Notes: generated from the sequence alone by a model not told the origin. DNA of 64,000 bases from Balanoglossus misakiensis (GCA_040954595.2 CM082592.2:3612735-3676734); one strand, 5' to 3'; shown: positions 32,553-44,496, numbered from the stretch's first letter. Numbers and translations: made by a program.

Positions 32553-33149
32553 ATGGACAGCTTAACAATCGCACTGAGACAAGCCTTAGTAGATTTAATA
32601 TGTGAACTGGCTGACGAAGATGAAAAATCTTTAATACGCCAAAAACTGGGGGCGGGTCACATAACCACGCCATGTAATCGTCGCCTGCGCGCATTTTATG
32701 TCAATCACTTTTCCAGGATACATACTGACATGATAAAAATGACTGTCAGAGACACCGTCCTCGCTTTCTCTAGTCAAGACGACGACGAGATTATTGGTCA
32801 CATAGTGTATACACGAAAATTGGTTACAGGTAAAGTCAAGAGTACCGCGGCGGCTATAGTATGTTCAATTTGTAATAGCAACGACACAGAGGTCTTGTAC
32901 CTGAACGTCCATCAGGCTGTCGCGTTCCTATATATTGCTCATGTGTGTTTGTGGTTTCATCGTCTGGCTTGCATTCACCCTACGTGGAATCACCATAGGG
33001 TCGAGGGGCTAGTTACTGCGTTTGTAAGCGATTTACTGCAACATGGAACTACATCGAAAACACCGCTTGGAAATATCGCCGGATACGTGTGCATGGTCGC
33101 GTCGTTCACCGCTGTATGTGTCTTGTTGAGATGGAAATTTTATAGATAA
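32553..33149 (+). CDS. tail-anchored helical protein, possibly Bcl-2-like
   Basis: 198 aa with a C-terminal TM helix followed by RWKFYR; LNVHQAVAFLY weakly resembles BH1. Confidence 0.45.
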   Translation: MDSLTIALRQALVDLICELADEDEKSLIRQKLGAGHITTPCNRRLRAFYVNHFSRIHTDMIKMTVRDTVLAFSSQDDDEIIGHIVYTRKLVTGKVKSTAAAIVCSICNSNDTEVLYLNVHQAVAFLYIAHVCLWFHRLACIHPTWNHHRVEGLVTAFVSDLLQHGTTSKTPLGNIAGYVCMVASFTAVCVLLRWKFYR

Positions 33150-33171
33150 CTTGGTAAAATATGAGTCTTAC

Positions 33172-33433
33172 CACAGGGATTTATTCAGGGAACTCTGCCT
33201 ACCGCCTGACCTTCTACCTTGCTATACTTGTCTAGTAAGGCAAGTAGGCGGTCAGCTGGAGGGGTCAGGCGGTAGGAAGAGTTCACCAAAAGAGGGCGCA
33301 TTTTATCATCCATTGTTTATAATGTGTTGTGTATGAGCAGAGAAGCCTCAGACAGATAAGTTGACCGACAACAAATTTATTCAGTTTATATCATATAATT
33401 CTTACTTAAACGTTCCCTGAATAAATCCCTGTG
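33172..33433. mobile_element. MITE with 7-bp target-site duplication (P-element-like ends)
   Basis: TIRs CACAGGGATTTATTCAGGGAAC / GTTCCCTGAATAAATCCCTGTG flanked by the direct repeat GTCTTAC (33165-33171, 33434-33440). Confidence 0.82.
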
Positions 33434-33612
33434 GTCTTACTCTGTCACAACTAGAAATAAATAAAATCATGTACTGAACATCATTCTCATAGCGTTTCAG
33501 TTAATTTGATATGAATCGAATATAAGCGAGGGTCACAATAGGAATGTGCTACATATTTTATGAGTACACAATATGCAACATTAATTCAAGAACGGTACTC
33601 TTCAGTGAATAT

Positions 33613-36210
33613 TCACGTTACAATTAAATATCTAGTTCTCACTACTCGGCTTAGTATTGACGACTTATCCGCACTCCATTCCCCGTCAGACATATTAAAA
33701 TTCAAGTTAGCATATTTTGGTTCAAAATGAACACAATCGGGGGGTGTCCAATGCAGACAGGAATATACATATTCCATCATACTCGGTGCACAACCTAGCA
33801 TACAATGTAAAATGTCACTACTGGGTCTTAAACCAGATACCATTACTTGATTCCCACCCTGTGTCATTTCATATACAGTTCCTATAACTTTTAATGACTG
33901 GACAGACCATAAGGGCAACTCTGTTATGTGATGGTTGTTGGATTTCAGAACAACCTGTAGAGTCCCGTTGACCACGGACACAGACGATGATACGAACGAG
34001 TCGACAATAGTCTCTATGGTACACATATCTGTGCTTGCTGATTCTGTTAGCGTGGTTGGGGTTGTAGGAACTACAGGGGAATATGTTGGTATTTGTTGGG
34101 AACATTGATCATTTGTGAGACCAAAGGTACGGAAGGTATTCGAACCACATATAAGCTGTTGACTTGAACAATCACAATTACACCTTGTCACTGTACAATT
34201 ATAGAGCGTTCCTCCCCAAAAAGTTGTGCATAGGTGGAAATATGCGCAATACTCTCGGGGAGTTGTAGCCGACGCGCATGCGCATTTATACGTGGATGGT
34301 TGACATACAGGGACTTCATGTATAAACCGGTTATCCCATTGCACACATTCGCGATCCGGAAGTTGTTGAGTATCGCTACAACGTCCAACTTCCATGTCGT
34401 AGATCAAACACTCTGGTGAATCTGGTGTTGTGCAGTTCATTGACATAGTAGCTGTGCCCACATCCTTACAGTCTAATACGGGGTCACGGCTATCTGCGCA
34501 ATCGCATTCGCAAAGGTAGCTCCGACACGCTATGTTCCAATCATTGGTTCTGTTTGACACGCGGTTACAGTTGTTTCTTAACAAACAGTGACTAGTTTCG
34601 TTACAAGGGCACTTGTGGTTGTTAGAACATAGCGGATATGTGTGGAACGTTGTTTCACGAAACCACGATTGACAAGGTGTGGATGCAACGTGTATGTCGC
34701 AAGAATCACCGGTCAAGCGACGATCATTACATATGCAACCACTAAAAATGTCATCTTCTTCATTACGGCGTGTAACACTTCGTCCTTCTCCGTGCCATTT
34801 AGTGAAAGGGTGTGGAGGCGGACACATACGGCCCGAAACGCGATATTGACGCCTCGCACCCAATATCTCATCATCCACGGCCGGGTGACATAAGGGTAGT
34901 ATTTTGGGATCATTTGTACACGTTAATTTACGCGTAATACAATCACACGCGCACGGGACAAAGGTACAATATCTATCGCCATTCCTATTGAGTAATTGTG
35001 AGCAGATAATTTCCATGTGGCAAGTTTCAGAGGCCACACCTTTTGTTCTGCAGGCACACATATGATTAGAATTCATTTTACAAACTATATCATCCTGAAC
35101 ATTTCCATCGATGCAACTAAATTTGCACCGTTTTGCTTGTGTGTCCCACGTGCTTAAGTCGCAGACGGGCTCAATATCGGCCATACACCGGGTACTGATC
35201 ACGCCTCTCCCGTAGACTTCTGTTTGGGTAGTACACTCTTTAGTCTGGCAGTCGCAGTGGCATAACTCCGCGCTGCAACTGATGACCCTCCCTCTCCAAT
35301 GAGACACACATTTATTGAGATATCTACAAGTCTGTAAAACGACAGTGGCATTGTCACACCGACAAGGTACATCAGATAACGGGCACTTTTGTCCACGCCT
35401 GTCGGGCCATGCATGGGTACCTGGAGAGGCTGTTTTGCAGTAAGTTCGTTGATTTTGACAATTACATTTACAGGAGTAGCTATCGCATTGCCTAGACCCG
35501 TTAACCATGGAACACCTCTGTGTTGGTCTATTACACAACACCTGATGTGGGGGTGCAGCAGTCCCGCACGTGCATTGACTGCTGGTCGACCGACAATATG
35601 AGTCTTGCAGGTAATCTATATCCCAATTCACGCATGGTGGGCTGTTTGTAAGTGCGTCTTGTTGTTCACAATTATCATCATCTACATTGTATATCACACA
35701 CTTTTTCGTAGTTTGGCAAGCGGATGTCATAAAGCCGGTTTCTGTCTTTGTACAATACAATAAAGGATATTGCAATTGTGTACAAGCACATCTGCATTCG
35801 AACATCTCACACTGAACGGACCACGCTGCACCTCTATCTACATAACGACAATTCAATCGCAATAAACACCTATCGCTACTACCGCATGGACAGTGATCAT
35901 CGTTGGTACACAGCGGGTACCTGTATACTTTTACCGTATTGTGCCACCTTTGGCAATGTGGTGATGGAAGATAGACATCGCAATAATCTCCTACTACGTA
36001 TGGTTTGTCGCATAAACATCCAGCGAACGTCAGATCATGAGAATTAACCATCGTAGCTATGCCTCTCCCGCCTTCCTCACCCCAACCGTGTACGTTGAGA
36101 GTTTGTTGGCAGGATATATCAAATGGTAAATGAAATTTTATCGTATTAGCTACGGACAATGTTAATAGGTGAAAGAATACAGTAATTGTTTTAACCAGTG
36201 TGACAGTCAT
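33613..36210 (-). CDS. secreted cysteine-rich protein with internal duplication (865 aa)
   Basis: Signal peptide; two copies of F.GC.C...GD.CD....CQ.W......YPLC....CPC; many C.C.C modules; Thr/Pro linker; no TM segment. Confidence 0.85.
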   Translation of the reverse strand: MTVTLVKTITVFFHLLTLSVANTIKFHLPFDISCQQTLNVHGWGEEGGRGIATMVNSHDLTFAGCLCDKPYVVGDYCDVYLPSPHCQRWHNTVKVYRYPLCTNDDHCPCGSSDRCLLRLNCRYVDRGAAWSVQCEMFECRCACTQLQYPLLYCTKTETGFMTSACQTTKKCVIYNVDDDNCEQQDALTNSPPCVNWDIDYLQDSYCRSTSSQCTCGTAAPPHQVLCNRPTQRCSMVNGSRQCDSYSCKCNCQNQRTYCKTASPGTHAWPDRRGQKCPLSDVPCRCDNATVVLQTCRYLNKCVSHWRGRVISCSAELCHCDCQTKECTTQTEVYGRGVISTRCMADIEPVCDLSTWDTQAKRCKFSCIDGNVQDDIVCKMNSNHMCACRTKGVASETCHMEIICSQLLNRNGDRYCTFVPCACDCITRKLTCTNDPKILPLCHPAVDDEILGARRQYRVSGRMCPPPHPFTKWHGEGRSVTRRNEEDDIFSGCICNDRRLTGDSCDIHVASTPCQSWFRETTFHTYPLCSNNHKCPCNETSHCLLRNNCNRVSNRTNDWNIACRSYLCECDCADSRDPVLDCKDVGTATMSMNCTTPDSPECLIYDMEVGRCSDTQQLPDRECVQWDNRFIHEVPVCQPSTYKCACASATTPREYCAYFHLCTTFWGGTLYNCTVTRCNCDCSSQQLICGSNTFRTFGLTNDQCSQQIPTYSPVVPTTPTTLTESASTDMCTIETIVDSFVSSSVSVVNGTLQVVLKSNNHHITELPLWSVQSLKVIGTVYEMTQGGNQVMVSGLRPSSDILHCMLGCAPSMMEYVYSCLHWTPPDCVHFEPKYANLNFNMSDGEWSADKSSILSRVVRTRYLIVT

Positions 36211-36471
36211 TGCTCACGGCCACCAACTGACTAGTTATTATATTAATACATGAAGTTACTTTGACATGACGTTTGTATTTGGAGAAGAGTTGACACAACG
36301 ACAGTGAGAATCAAATTGCGCACACACGGGTTACGTGTGTTAGCCTGGATATCACGATCATACACCAGATTCAACTGAGTCAAACTATAACCGCTTCATA
36401 AATATAGAGCGGGAATTCTTTGAGTCGCATATATGGCTACATCTAGGTGATTGGATAATTTGTCTACATAA

Positions 36472-37262
36472 GGCTGCATTCACAAACACCTCTGGAGGGG
36501 GGGACAGGAGAATTGAGGGGGGGATTTGAAAAAATTAAGGGTATGTAAGGGGAGGGGGATTTGAAATAATTTAGGGACTGAAAGGGGGGGGGGACTTGAA
36601 CACTTTGACGACTAAATATTTATTTTGAGTCCACAAAAATGCAGTTTCGCGCCCTTTATTTTACAAAATTTTCTAATGTGGGAGGGGGAAACCTCCTGCC
36701 ACACCCACCCCCTCAATTCATCAACACCTTTCAATCATTGACTGGTTTATCTAGTGACCCAGGTCAGGGGATTTGCACCCACCCCATGATAACTTTGCTC
36801 GGCGACGGTTAAATTTGTCCTCCCCAACAAACCGGTAGTTGAGTTAATTTGCTTTTGCCGGGTTCCTTAAAATGCAGCTTTGAGCTCTGTATTTTATAAA
36901 ATTTTCTTACGTGGGAGGGGGACACCCCCTCCCAAACCCACCCCCTTCAATTCTCGGTTTACAATGTCTCCCAACACAGAATACAAATACTTAAAAAATA
37001 AAAACAATGTTCAGTGAGGGGGTACATCAGTTTCAAATTCTTTTCATGGGAGCGCTGTTTTTCTTTTTTTTACAAGATAGGTGATGTGTTTTGCTCTGTG
37101 AAAGAAAATGGGGGGGGGGGATTCAAAATTTTGGTAGTTCGGAAGGGGGGGATTTGGAAATATTTCGGCTGTGTACGGGAGGCATGTGAAAATTAGCGGT
37201 AAAAAAAATTGAATTCTCCCGCCCCGCCCCCCCCCCCTCCAGAGGTGTTTGTGAATGCAACC
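36472..37262. mobile_element. PIF/Harbinger-type MITE
   Basis: TIRs GGCTGCATTCACAAACACCTCTGGAGGGGGG / CCCCCCTCCAGAGGTGTTTGTGAATGCAACC flanked by a TAA duplication. Confidence 0.85.
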
Positions 37263-37745
37263 TAAGGGTATTTCGCAAAACATCCCGTAGGCTGTGGTTT
37301 GGATTTGAATAATCATGGTTGACGGTATAGATTGACTTTTACAAACGGGGTCAAACGGCCATTATGGCACAACGCTTTCGAGAAAATTGCGTCCCCTTAC
37401 TAACTGTAAGATTTTTCAATGTATTCCCCGCATACAAGTACTCGCTATATATTCATGGATATCATATGTGAGATTGTATGGCAATGAAAGCCATAAATCC
37501 AGTGAATTTATCGAGACACACAATACGCCTTGCCAGTAGACTGACTTTTTCACATTTGCATAATCTTACCATAATGCGCCTTAGAATGGGCAGGTTGCGT
37601 GACGAAGTTCTAATGTTGTACCAGGTTTTGGGGATCCATACGCGTTCTCTCGCGCCAACAACACCCCGATCAAATCTCCGTAATAATATTAACGTGATTC
37701 ACAGGGTCTCTACTTAAACAGCTCTATGTGCTTGGTAAACATATA

Positions 37746-38423
37746 ATGTTTTCGCAGTCAGGAGTTATTGTCACATTTGTCACTTTAATATTGTATGTTT
37801 TGATGACACACGGTGACCCGGCATCTAAGCGACATTCCTACTGTTTGAAATTCAACACTCTACCTGGAGTAAGCTTAACAGAGGCGAGGGAAATAATTCC
37901 AGGGGCATTATACCAAGCATGGCCAGGTCACGAATTTAGAGAAAACTGTTCAGATCCGAGACGGATCACAATTCATTCAAGAAACAAATTGTATAAAATC
38001 AAACACAACGGATTACGGGGTCGGTTTAGCGACCTAGCTATTGCACATGCATGGACAGAAGCCAAAACGATAGTTTTAAATCGGAAGGATCTATATGGGT
38101 TTAAGACAAGGATCTCGGTCGTCGACAGGTCTGACCGTTACGCGGATTGGTGTTTTATCTCCAACAATACAGAATCATTGTACAGCGCGTGTTCGCTTTG
38201 TTTGCATCGCCTGAATTTCACTTCCGTTGGGGCAAAATGTAAGGCAATTGTGATTGACGTCGGTTTCATTATAGCGCACGAAATAGGACATGTTATCGGC
38301 CACGATCATGAAGAAACGGGAGTGATGAGGCGATTCTTACGGAGTCCCCTAGAACCAATAGCAACAGAAATATCTGATTTATACCCTAGAATAAACGCAC
38401 AATTGACACGCCCTCTAGGGTGA
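37746..38423 (+). CDS. secreted metzincin (matrixin-like) zinc metalloprotease
   Basis: Signal peptide; HEIGHVIGHDH (HExxHxxGxxH) and Met-turn GVM. Confidence 0.85.
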   Translation: MFSQSGVIVTFVTLILYVLMTHGDPASKRHSYCLKFNTLPGVSLTEAREIIPGALYQAWPGHEFRENCSDPRRITIHSRNKLYKIKHNGLRGRFSDLAIAHAWTEAKTIVLNRKDLYGFKTRISVVDRSDRYADWCFISNNTESLYSACSLCLHRLNFTSVGAKCKAIVIDVGFIIAHEIGHVIGHDHEETGVMRRFLRSPLEPIATEISDLYPRINAQLTRPLG

Positions 38424-38530
38424 CGTATGCTGATTCCTAGGCTGTGTTCGTGTTAAGTGTGGGATGACGCATGCGTACGTGATTCACCCTGACGGCCACG
38501 ATCACGCCAATTGAGTGACTACATTCTCCT

Positions 38531-41088
38531 TGTCTGCTGACGAGACGCATGCGAACGTGGGTACCCCACGACTGAGATTGACGACCTTGTACTACATGCA
38601 AAGTCCGTGAATGTCTTTGTATGACAGGCATGGTGTCTGCGCGAATGCATTACATACACAGGCTTTCGTAACCTGACGTTGGTGGCGTTCCACATTCTCC
38701 TCGCTTTCCAAAAGGGTAGTAGGTACAAGAAAATGCCTTGATGGCATGACATATTATTGTATTTCTATTTTGGATTTAAAGGGCCAATCGGCAATATATA
38801 CATACTGAATAAACATATTCATTCATTCATTCATTCATTCGTTCATTCCCCACGATGTAGATTGGATTGTAGGAGACGACCTTGTCAACAAATCCCACGG
38901 GGGTTTACTACCTACAACGTTCATGCATGCATGTGTCTGCTGACGAGACGCATGCGAACGTGGGTACCCCACGACTGAGATTGACGACCTTGTATAAGTC
39001 CGTGAATGTCTTGTACTATGACAGGCATGGTGTCTGCGCGAATGCATTACATACACAGGCTTTCGTAACCTGACGTTGGTGGCGTTCCACATTCTCCTCG
39101 CTTTCCAAAAGGGTAGTAGATACAAGAAAATGCCTTGATGGCATGACATATTATTGTATTTCTATTTTGGATTTAAAGGGCCAATCGGCAATATATACAT
39201 ACTGAATAAACATATTCATTCATTCATTCATTCATTCGTTCATTCCCCACGATGTAGATTGGATTGTAGGATACGACCTTGTCAACAAATCCCACGGGGG
39301 TTTACTACCTACAACGTTCATGCATGCATGTGTCTGCTGACGAGACGCATGCGAACGTGGGTACCCCACGACTGAGATTGACGACCTTGTACTACATGCA
39401 AAGTCCGTGAATGTCTTTGTATGACAGGCATGGTGTCTGCGCGAATGCATTACATACACAGGCTTTCGTAACCTGACGTTGGTGGCGTTCCACATTCTCC
39501 TCGCTTTCCAAAAGGGTAGTAGGTACAAGAAAATGCCTTGATGGCATGACATATTATTGTATTTCTATTTTGGATTTAAAGGGCCAATCGGCAATATATA
39601 CATACTGAATAAACATATTCATTCATTCATTCATTCATTCGTTCATTCCCCACGATGTAGATTGGATTGTAGGAGACGACCTTGTCAACAAATCCCACGG
39701 GGGTTTACTACCTACAACGTTCATGCATGCATGTGTCTGCTGACGAGACGCATGCGAACGTGGGTACCCCACGACTGAGATTGACGACCTTGTATAAGTC
39801 CGTGAATGTCTTGTACTATGACAGGCATGGTGTCTGCGCGAATGCATTACATACACAGGCTTTCGTAACCTGACGTTGGTGGCGTTCCACATTCTCCTCG
39901 CTTTCCAAAAGGGTAGTAGATACAAGAAAATGCCTTGATGGCATGACATATTATTGTATTTCTATTTTGGATTTAAAGGGCCAATCGGCAATATATACAT
40001 ACTGAATAAACATATTCATTCATTCATTCATTCATTCGTTCATTCCCCACGATGTAGATTGGATTGTAGGATACGACCTTGTCAACAAATCCCACGGGGG
40101 TTTACTACCTACAACGTTCATGCATGCATGTGTCTGCTGACGAGACGCATGCGAACGTGGGTACCCCACGACTGAGATTGACGACCTTGTACTACATGCA
40201 AAGTCCGTGAATGTCTTTGTATGACAGGCATGGTGTCTGCGCGAATGCATTACATACACAGGCTTTCGTAACCTGACGTTGGTGGCGTTCCACATTCTCC
40301 TCGCTTTCCAAAAGGGTAGTAGGTACAAGAAAATGCCTTGATGGCATGACATATTATTGTATTTCTATTTTGGATTTAAAGGGCCAATCGGCAATATATA
40401 CATACTGAATAAACATATTCATTCATTCATTCATTCATTCGTTCATTCCCCACGATGTAGATTGGATTGTAGGAGACGACCTTGTCAACAAATCCCACGG
40501 GGGTTTACTACCTACAACGTTCATGCATGCATGTGTCTGCTGACGAGACGCATGCGAACGTGGGTACCCCACGACTGAGATTGACGACCTTGTACTACAT
40601 GCAAAGTCCGTGAATGTCTTTGTATGACAGGCATGGTGTCTGCGCGAATGCATTACATACACAGGCTTTCGTAACCCGACGTTGGTGGCGTTCCACATTC
40701 TCCTCGCTTTCCAAAAGGGTAGTAGATACAAGAAAATGCCTTGATGGCATGACATATTATTGTATTTCTATTTTGGATTTAAAGGGCCAATCGGCAATAT
40801 ATACATACTGAATAAACATATTCATTCATTCATTCATTCATTCGTTCATTCCCCACGATGTAGATTGGATTGTAGGAGACGACCTTGTCAACAAATCCCA
40901 CGGGGGTTTACTACCTACAACGTTCATGCATGCATGTGTCTGCTGACGAGACGCATGCGAACGTGGGTACCCCACGACTGAGATTGACGACCTTGTATAA
41001 TTCCGTGAATGTCTTGTACTATGATAGGCATGGTGTCTGCGCGAATGCATTACATACACAGGCTTTCGTAACCCGACGTTGGTGGCGT
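38531..41088. repeat. tandem array, 397/403-bp units x ~6.3
   Basis: Unit spacings 397, 403, 397, 403, 403; each unit contains AATAAA-(ATTC)n and CGCATGCG. Confidence 0.95.
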
Positions 41089-41154
41089 CAACATTTTTGT
41101 ATGTATGGCAATAACCATCCGCCAGCCCATTCAAACCATTTAAACTGTATAACC

Positions 41155-43200
41155 ATGACACATCGTCCGGTCGTGATCTGCACACATGGCACTCAAGAGT
41201 TATACTCGGTCGGGTTTGATGAACTCGACCAAAAATTACCCTTCCTCGGTGGCTATGTCAGGTATAACGACGCTGATCGGACCAATAGACGTGGAGGTAA
41301 TGACAATTACATTTTGGATCTTCATACGCTAGATTTAAATATCCCGGTGGAAATATGGAAACTGTTATTCTTTTACGTGCAACACGAACACATCCCACAA
41401 GACGGATGGGTGAACGTTACCAATATATTGGAAATCACTCGTGTAGCGGACATGCTGTTAGTGCCTGGATTCATGCAAGAACTAACGAAAGTTATTTTGA
41501 TGTCTAATGACCGCGATTCTCGCATAGATTGCTTTGCCTGTGATACGCCTGTGCACGTGAAAGCTGGACTAGAGTATTTCAAGTTCCTCGTGGAAAATTT
41601 CGGCGACAGTACACCTGTATATTCGGATTTGACAGACGCAGTTGCGTGCACTCTGGCAGCAAAGACCATTTGGATATGGCATCATCACGTGGGCGACATT
41701 TGGGAGAAAGAACACGTGAACCGATTTGCTAAGCGACGCAAGAGTTATTTTGATATAGAACGTCATGTTTTCTATACAGTGTTGGCCTGGTTGCGAATTC
41801 GCCAAACGGACCTGTCTTCGAGACTGGACCTTCTTATCGGATTGCCTAACACAACCGCCGTATTAGAAACCGAAATTATTACGAAGATTATGGAAGAAAT
41901 TTTCAGTAATCGTGCCCAAGGTCAGGAGTGGTGGTCTAGAAGAAAGAAGACGCCGCTTCCCGTTCATCTTCACGACACTTCATTCAGGCAAGAGATAACA
42001 AACATGAGAAGAGAAAATCCAGCTGATATGACATATGTAAAAACTTCCACGTTACAATTGTCGTGCAACGAACTTACAATCTTAAACGATTTTACAGGCA
42101 ACTTTCGTAAGTTTACTATAGTAAATGAACCCGAACAAGATGGACGCGACACAGTTGAATACCTGCAGTACCTTTACGATCTTCTGGTTTCTGACGACGA
42201 CCGGTTTTTGTATTCATTTGACACGCGCAAGGGCAGAATTATATTTCGAGCAATCGACATAGGTGGAATCTCCGACCGCGATACGGCTGGTACGTCAGAA
42301 GGTGTCCCGAGAATTGGGTGGGACTTGGTCGTGGGTTGCTCTAAGCCATTCCAGCCCCAGCTTGGGGGTGAGGGGATCGTTCAAGCAGTAAAAGTCGCGA
42401 ACACGTTTTTTGTTAATTTTGGGATGACGCAATTGTACGTGTTTCACAATGATGGATATTGGTTGGTATACGACGACCCTGGTCAAGTATCCCACGTTGA
42501 AAAAATGCCGTACCTGACGCTGAAAAGCGCCCCCGGGAATACGACACGCGCGGTCAGTTATTGCGTCCGCAGAGAAGGTGAAAACAGTTTGATAATATAC
42601 GCAATCGCTCGGAATAAAGAAATGTTCAGGATGCGGGTTGCGAAGGATCTGTTTCAACAAAAACTCCAAACAAGCCTAGTAACCGGAGATGACTCTGCAG
42701 AGGTATACCTTCCAATGACATATCCCGACCTGGGGTTCTGTACCAAAGAATTACCAAGTATATTCGATGTCCCCCATGTCGGGCTTGTTGTGGTGGGTGG
42801 GTTTTCATTAACTCACGACCAAGATTGGGATATGCTCGACTACCCACCCCCTTGCGTTAAATTGGAATGTCACATTTTACATTCTGAGAACGAAACTACC
42901 GCCGAGGTTAGTTGCAAATGGGTGAAAAAAGTGTATGTGAGTAGGCCTACGTCCGACGCCAGCCTACCGACTTGCGTACCAATATTGTGTTATGGTCCCG
43001 ACAGATCGTTAAAGGGGTACGCCAGCCGTGGACAAATCACCTTATTTTCTGGAGACCGTAAATGTGCATTTACAAGGCGTGTGTTCAACTGTTATGTCAT
43101 AATATTGGATTTGGTCAACGACACATTAACGCTGCAAAGACGAACCGGATTGCAAGAATACCTGCCCGACACGGATGCACTGATACACGGCCAATGTTAG
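41155..43200 (+). CDS. BTB-BACK protein with beta-rich (Kelch-like) C-terminus
   Basis: IWKLLFFYV...NILEITRVADMLLVPGF (BTB), ERHVFYTVLAWLR (BACK-like), LVVVGGF (Kelch-like GG). The ORF-track extension upstream lies in the repeat array. Confidence 0.7.
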   Translation: MTHRPVVICTHGTQELYSVGFDELDQKLPFLGGYVRYNDADRTNRRGGNDNYILDLHTLDLNIPVEIWKLLFFYVQHEHIPQDGWVNVTNILEITRVADMLLVPGFMQELTKVILMSNDRDSRIDCFACDTPVHVKAGLEYFKFLVENFGDSTPVYSDLTDAVACTLAAKTIWIWHHHVGDIWEKEHVNRFAKRRKSYFDIERHVFYTVLAWLRIRQTDLSSRLDLLIGLPNTTAVLETEIITKIMEEIFSNRAQGQEWWSRRKKTPLPVHLHDTSFRQEITNMRRENPADMTYVKTSTLQLSCNELTILNDFTGNFRKFTIVNEPEQDGRDTVEYLQYLYDLLVSDDDRFLYSFDTRKGRIIFRAIDIGGISDRDTAGTSEGVPRIGWDLVVGCSKPFQPQLGGEGIVQAVKVANTFFVNFGMTQLYVFHNDGYWLVYDDPGQVSHVEKMPYLTLKSAPGNTTRAVSYCVRREGENSLIIYAIARNKEMFRMRVAKDLFQQKLQTSLVTGDDSAEVYLPMTYPDLGFCTKELPSIFDVPHVGLVVVGGFSLTHDQDWDMLDYPPPCVKLECHILHSENETTAEVSCKWVKKVYVSRPTSDASLPTCVPILCYGPDRSLKGYASRGQITLFSGDRKCAFTRRVFNCYVIILDLVNDTLTLQRRTGLQEYLPDTDALIHGQC

Positions 43201-44102
43201 GCTTTACTCCTGCGAACGAACCAAACCCACATTAACGTGTTAAAGTGAAATGCAAATGGCAGAAAACAACATTCGCGAGCGAAATAATAACGAAAAAAAT
43301 ACCACGATGTACCGGCTTTTGCACAGGCCCGATTTTCGCCCGATTTTCTAAACGTATATGACACAGAAGGGATTATTTTTTATTAAATTGTTGTTTGGAC
43401 CAACTCCTCAATGTTTTTATTTGTTGTAATGTCACTATACATTCGTGTAATGTGAATAAATGTTCCTTTTCAAACCATAACCGTTCATGTCCCGTCGCAG
43501 TGAATGAATGAATGAACGAACGAATGATGAATGACGGAAGGAATTAATGAATGAATGACAGAATTAATGAATGAATTTGAAGGCTGCACCAGCAAACTGG
43601 ACATAGGAGATGGCGCGTGTCATCCTTTAAACTGAGAGAGCCTGTTAGTCGTAATCAGGGAGTGTGATAAGTATAAGTATAAGTGGCCGTTAGAGGGCGC
43701 GTATTCGAACAACCATGTCATGTCGCTGCAATGAATTTGAAGGCTGCACCAGCAAACTGGACATAGGGAAGTACGCTTTATCGTTCACAAGTGTATAATT
43801 GTACATGTGAATGTCAGCGGGCACTTTGTCTACAAGGCATATCGTGTGTAAGTACTCGTTTCATGCAGGCGCATATTTGGACATTTGACCGTTAAAGGGT
43901 GTGATAGTTATAAAAATCATTCGGGTATAAGTACGGTAATACGCGTGTCATGCGTGGGTTTTCGGTCAGCGGAAAAGGATACGTCATGTTTGTGGACCTA
44001 CATTTAACAAACATACAGACAAGAACGTGTTTTTTCCAACATATGTCTTTATTACCAGAGAATGAGCGAGACACAACGGGATTTCTCGACATTTATAACG
44101 CC

Positions 44103-44461
44103 TTAAAGGGACAAAGTCTCTCTCTCGCTGCCCTTTTTTCCATTAATTATGTTTGATACAAGACACTGGTTATGTTAATGTAAATGTGGATATATAGTGA
44201 ATGAACGTTCAACCACACACAACTTCCATCCCTCTTATAGTCAGGAGAGTGAAAAAAACTCGCCAAAATGAATAATCGTTCTTTACCATTTATTCATTTT
44301 GGGTGAGTTTTTACTCTCATATCATACAAGTGGGATGGAAGTTTTGTGTGGTTGATCATTGATTCACTATATATCCACATTTACATTAACATAACCAGTG
44401 TCTTGTATCAAACATAATTAATGGAAAAAAGGGCAGCGAGAGAGAGACTGTGTCCCTTTAA
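44103..44461. mobile_element. TTAA-flanked foldback MITE (Kolobok-like ends)
   Basis: TTAA-AGGGAC ... GTCCCT-TTAA with more than 100 bp of near-perfect inverted arms. Confidence 0.82.
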
Positions 44462-44496
44462 TATCTCCATCCATTGCGGAATTTTTATACCAACCG

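Noticed and set aside
38437-41154. Many 60-115-aa ORFs within the 400-bp array
   Set aside because: Repeated products of the tandem unit, mostly with non-ATG starts and no motifs.
44103-44461. piggyBac-herpesvirus fusion (Teratorn-like) end
   Set aside because: Ends are TTAA-AGGG rather than piggyBac TTAA-CCC, the element is a self-contained 360-bp foldback, and no transposase is in the window.
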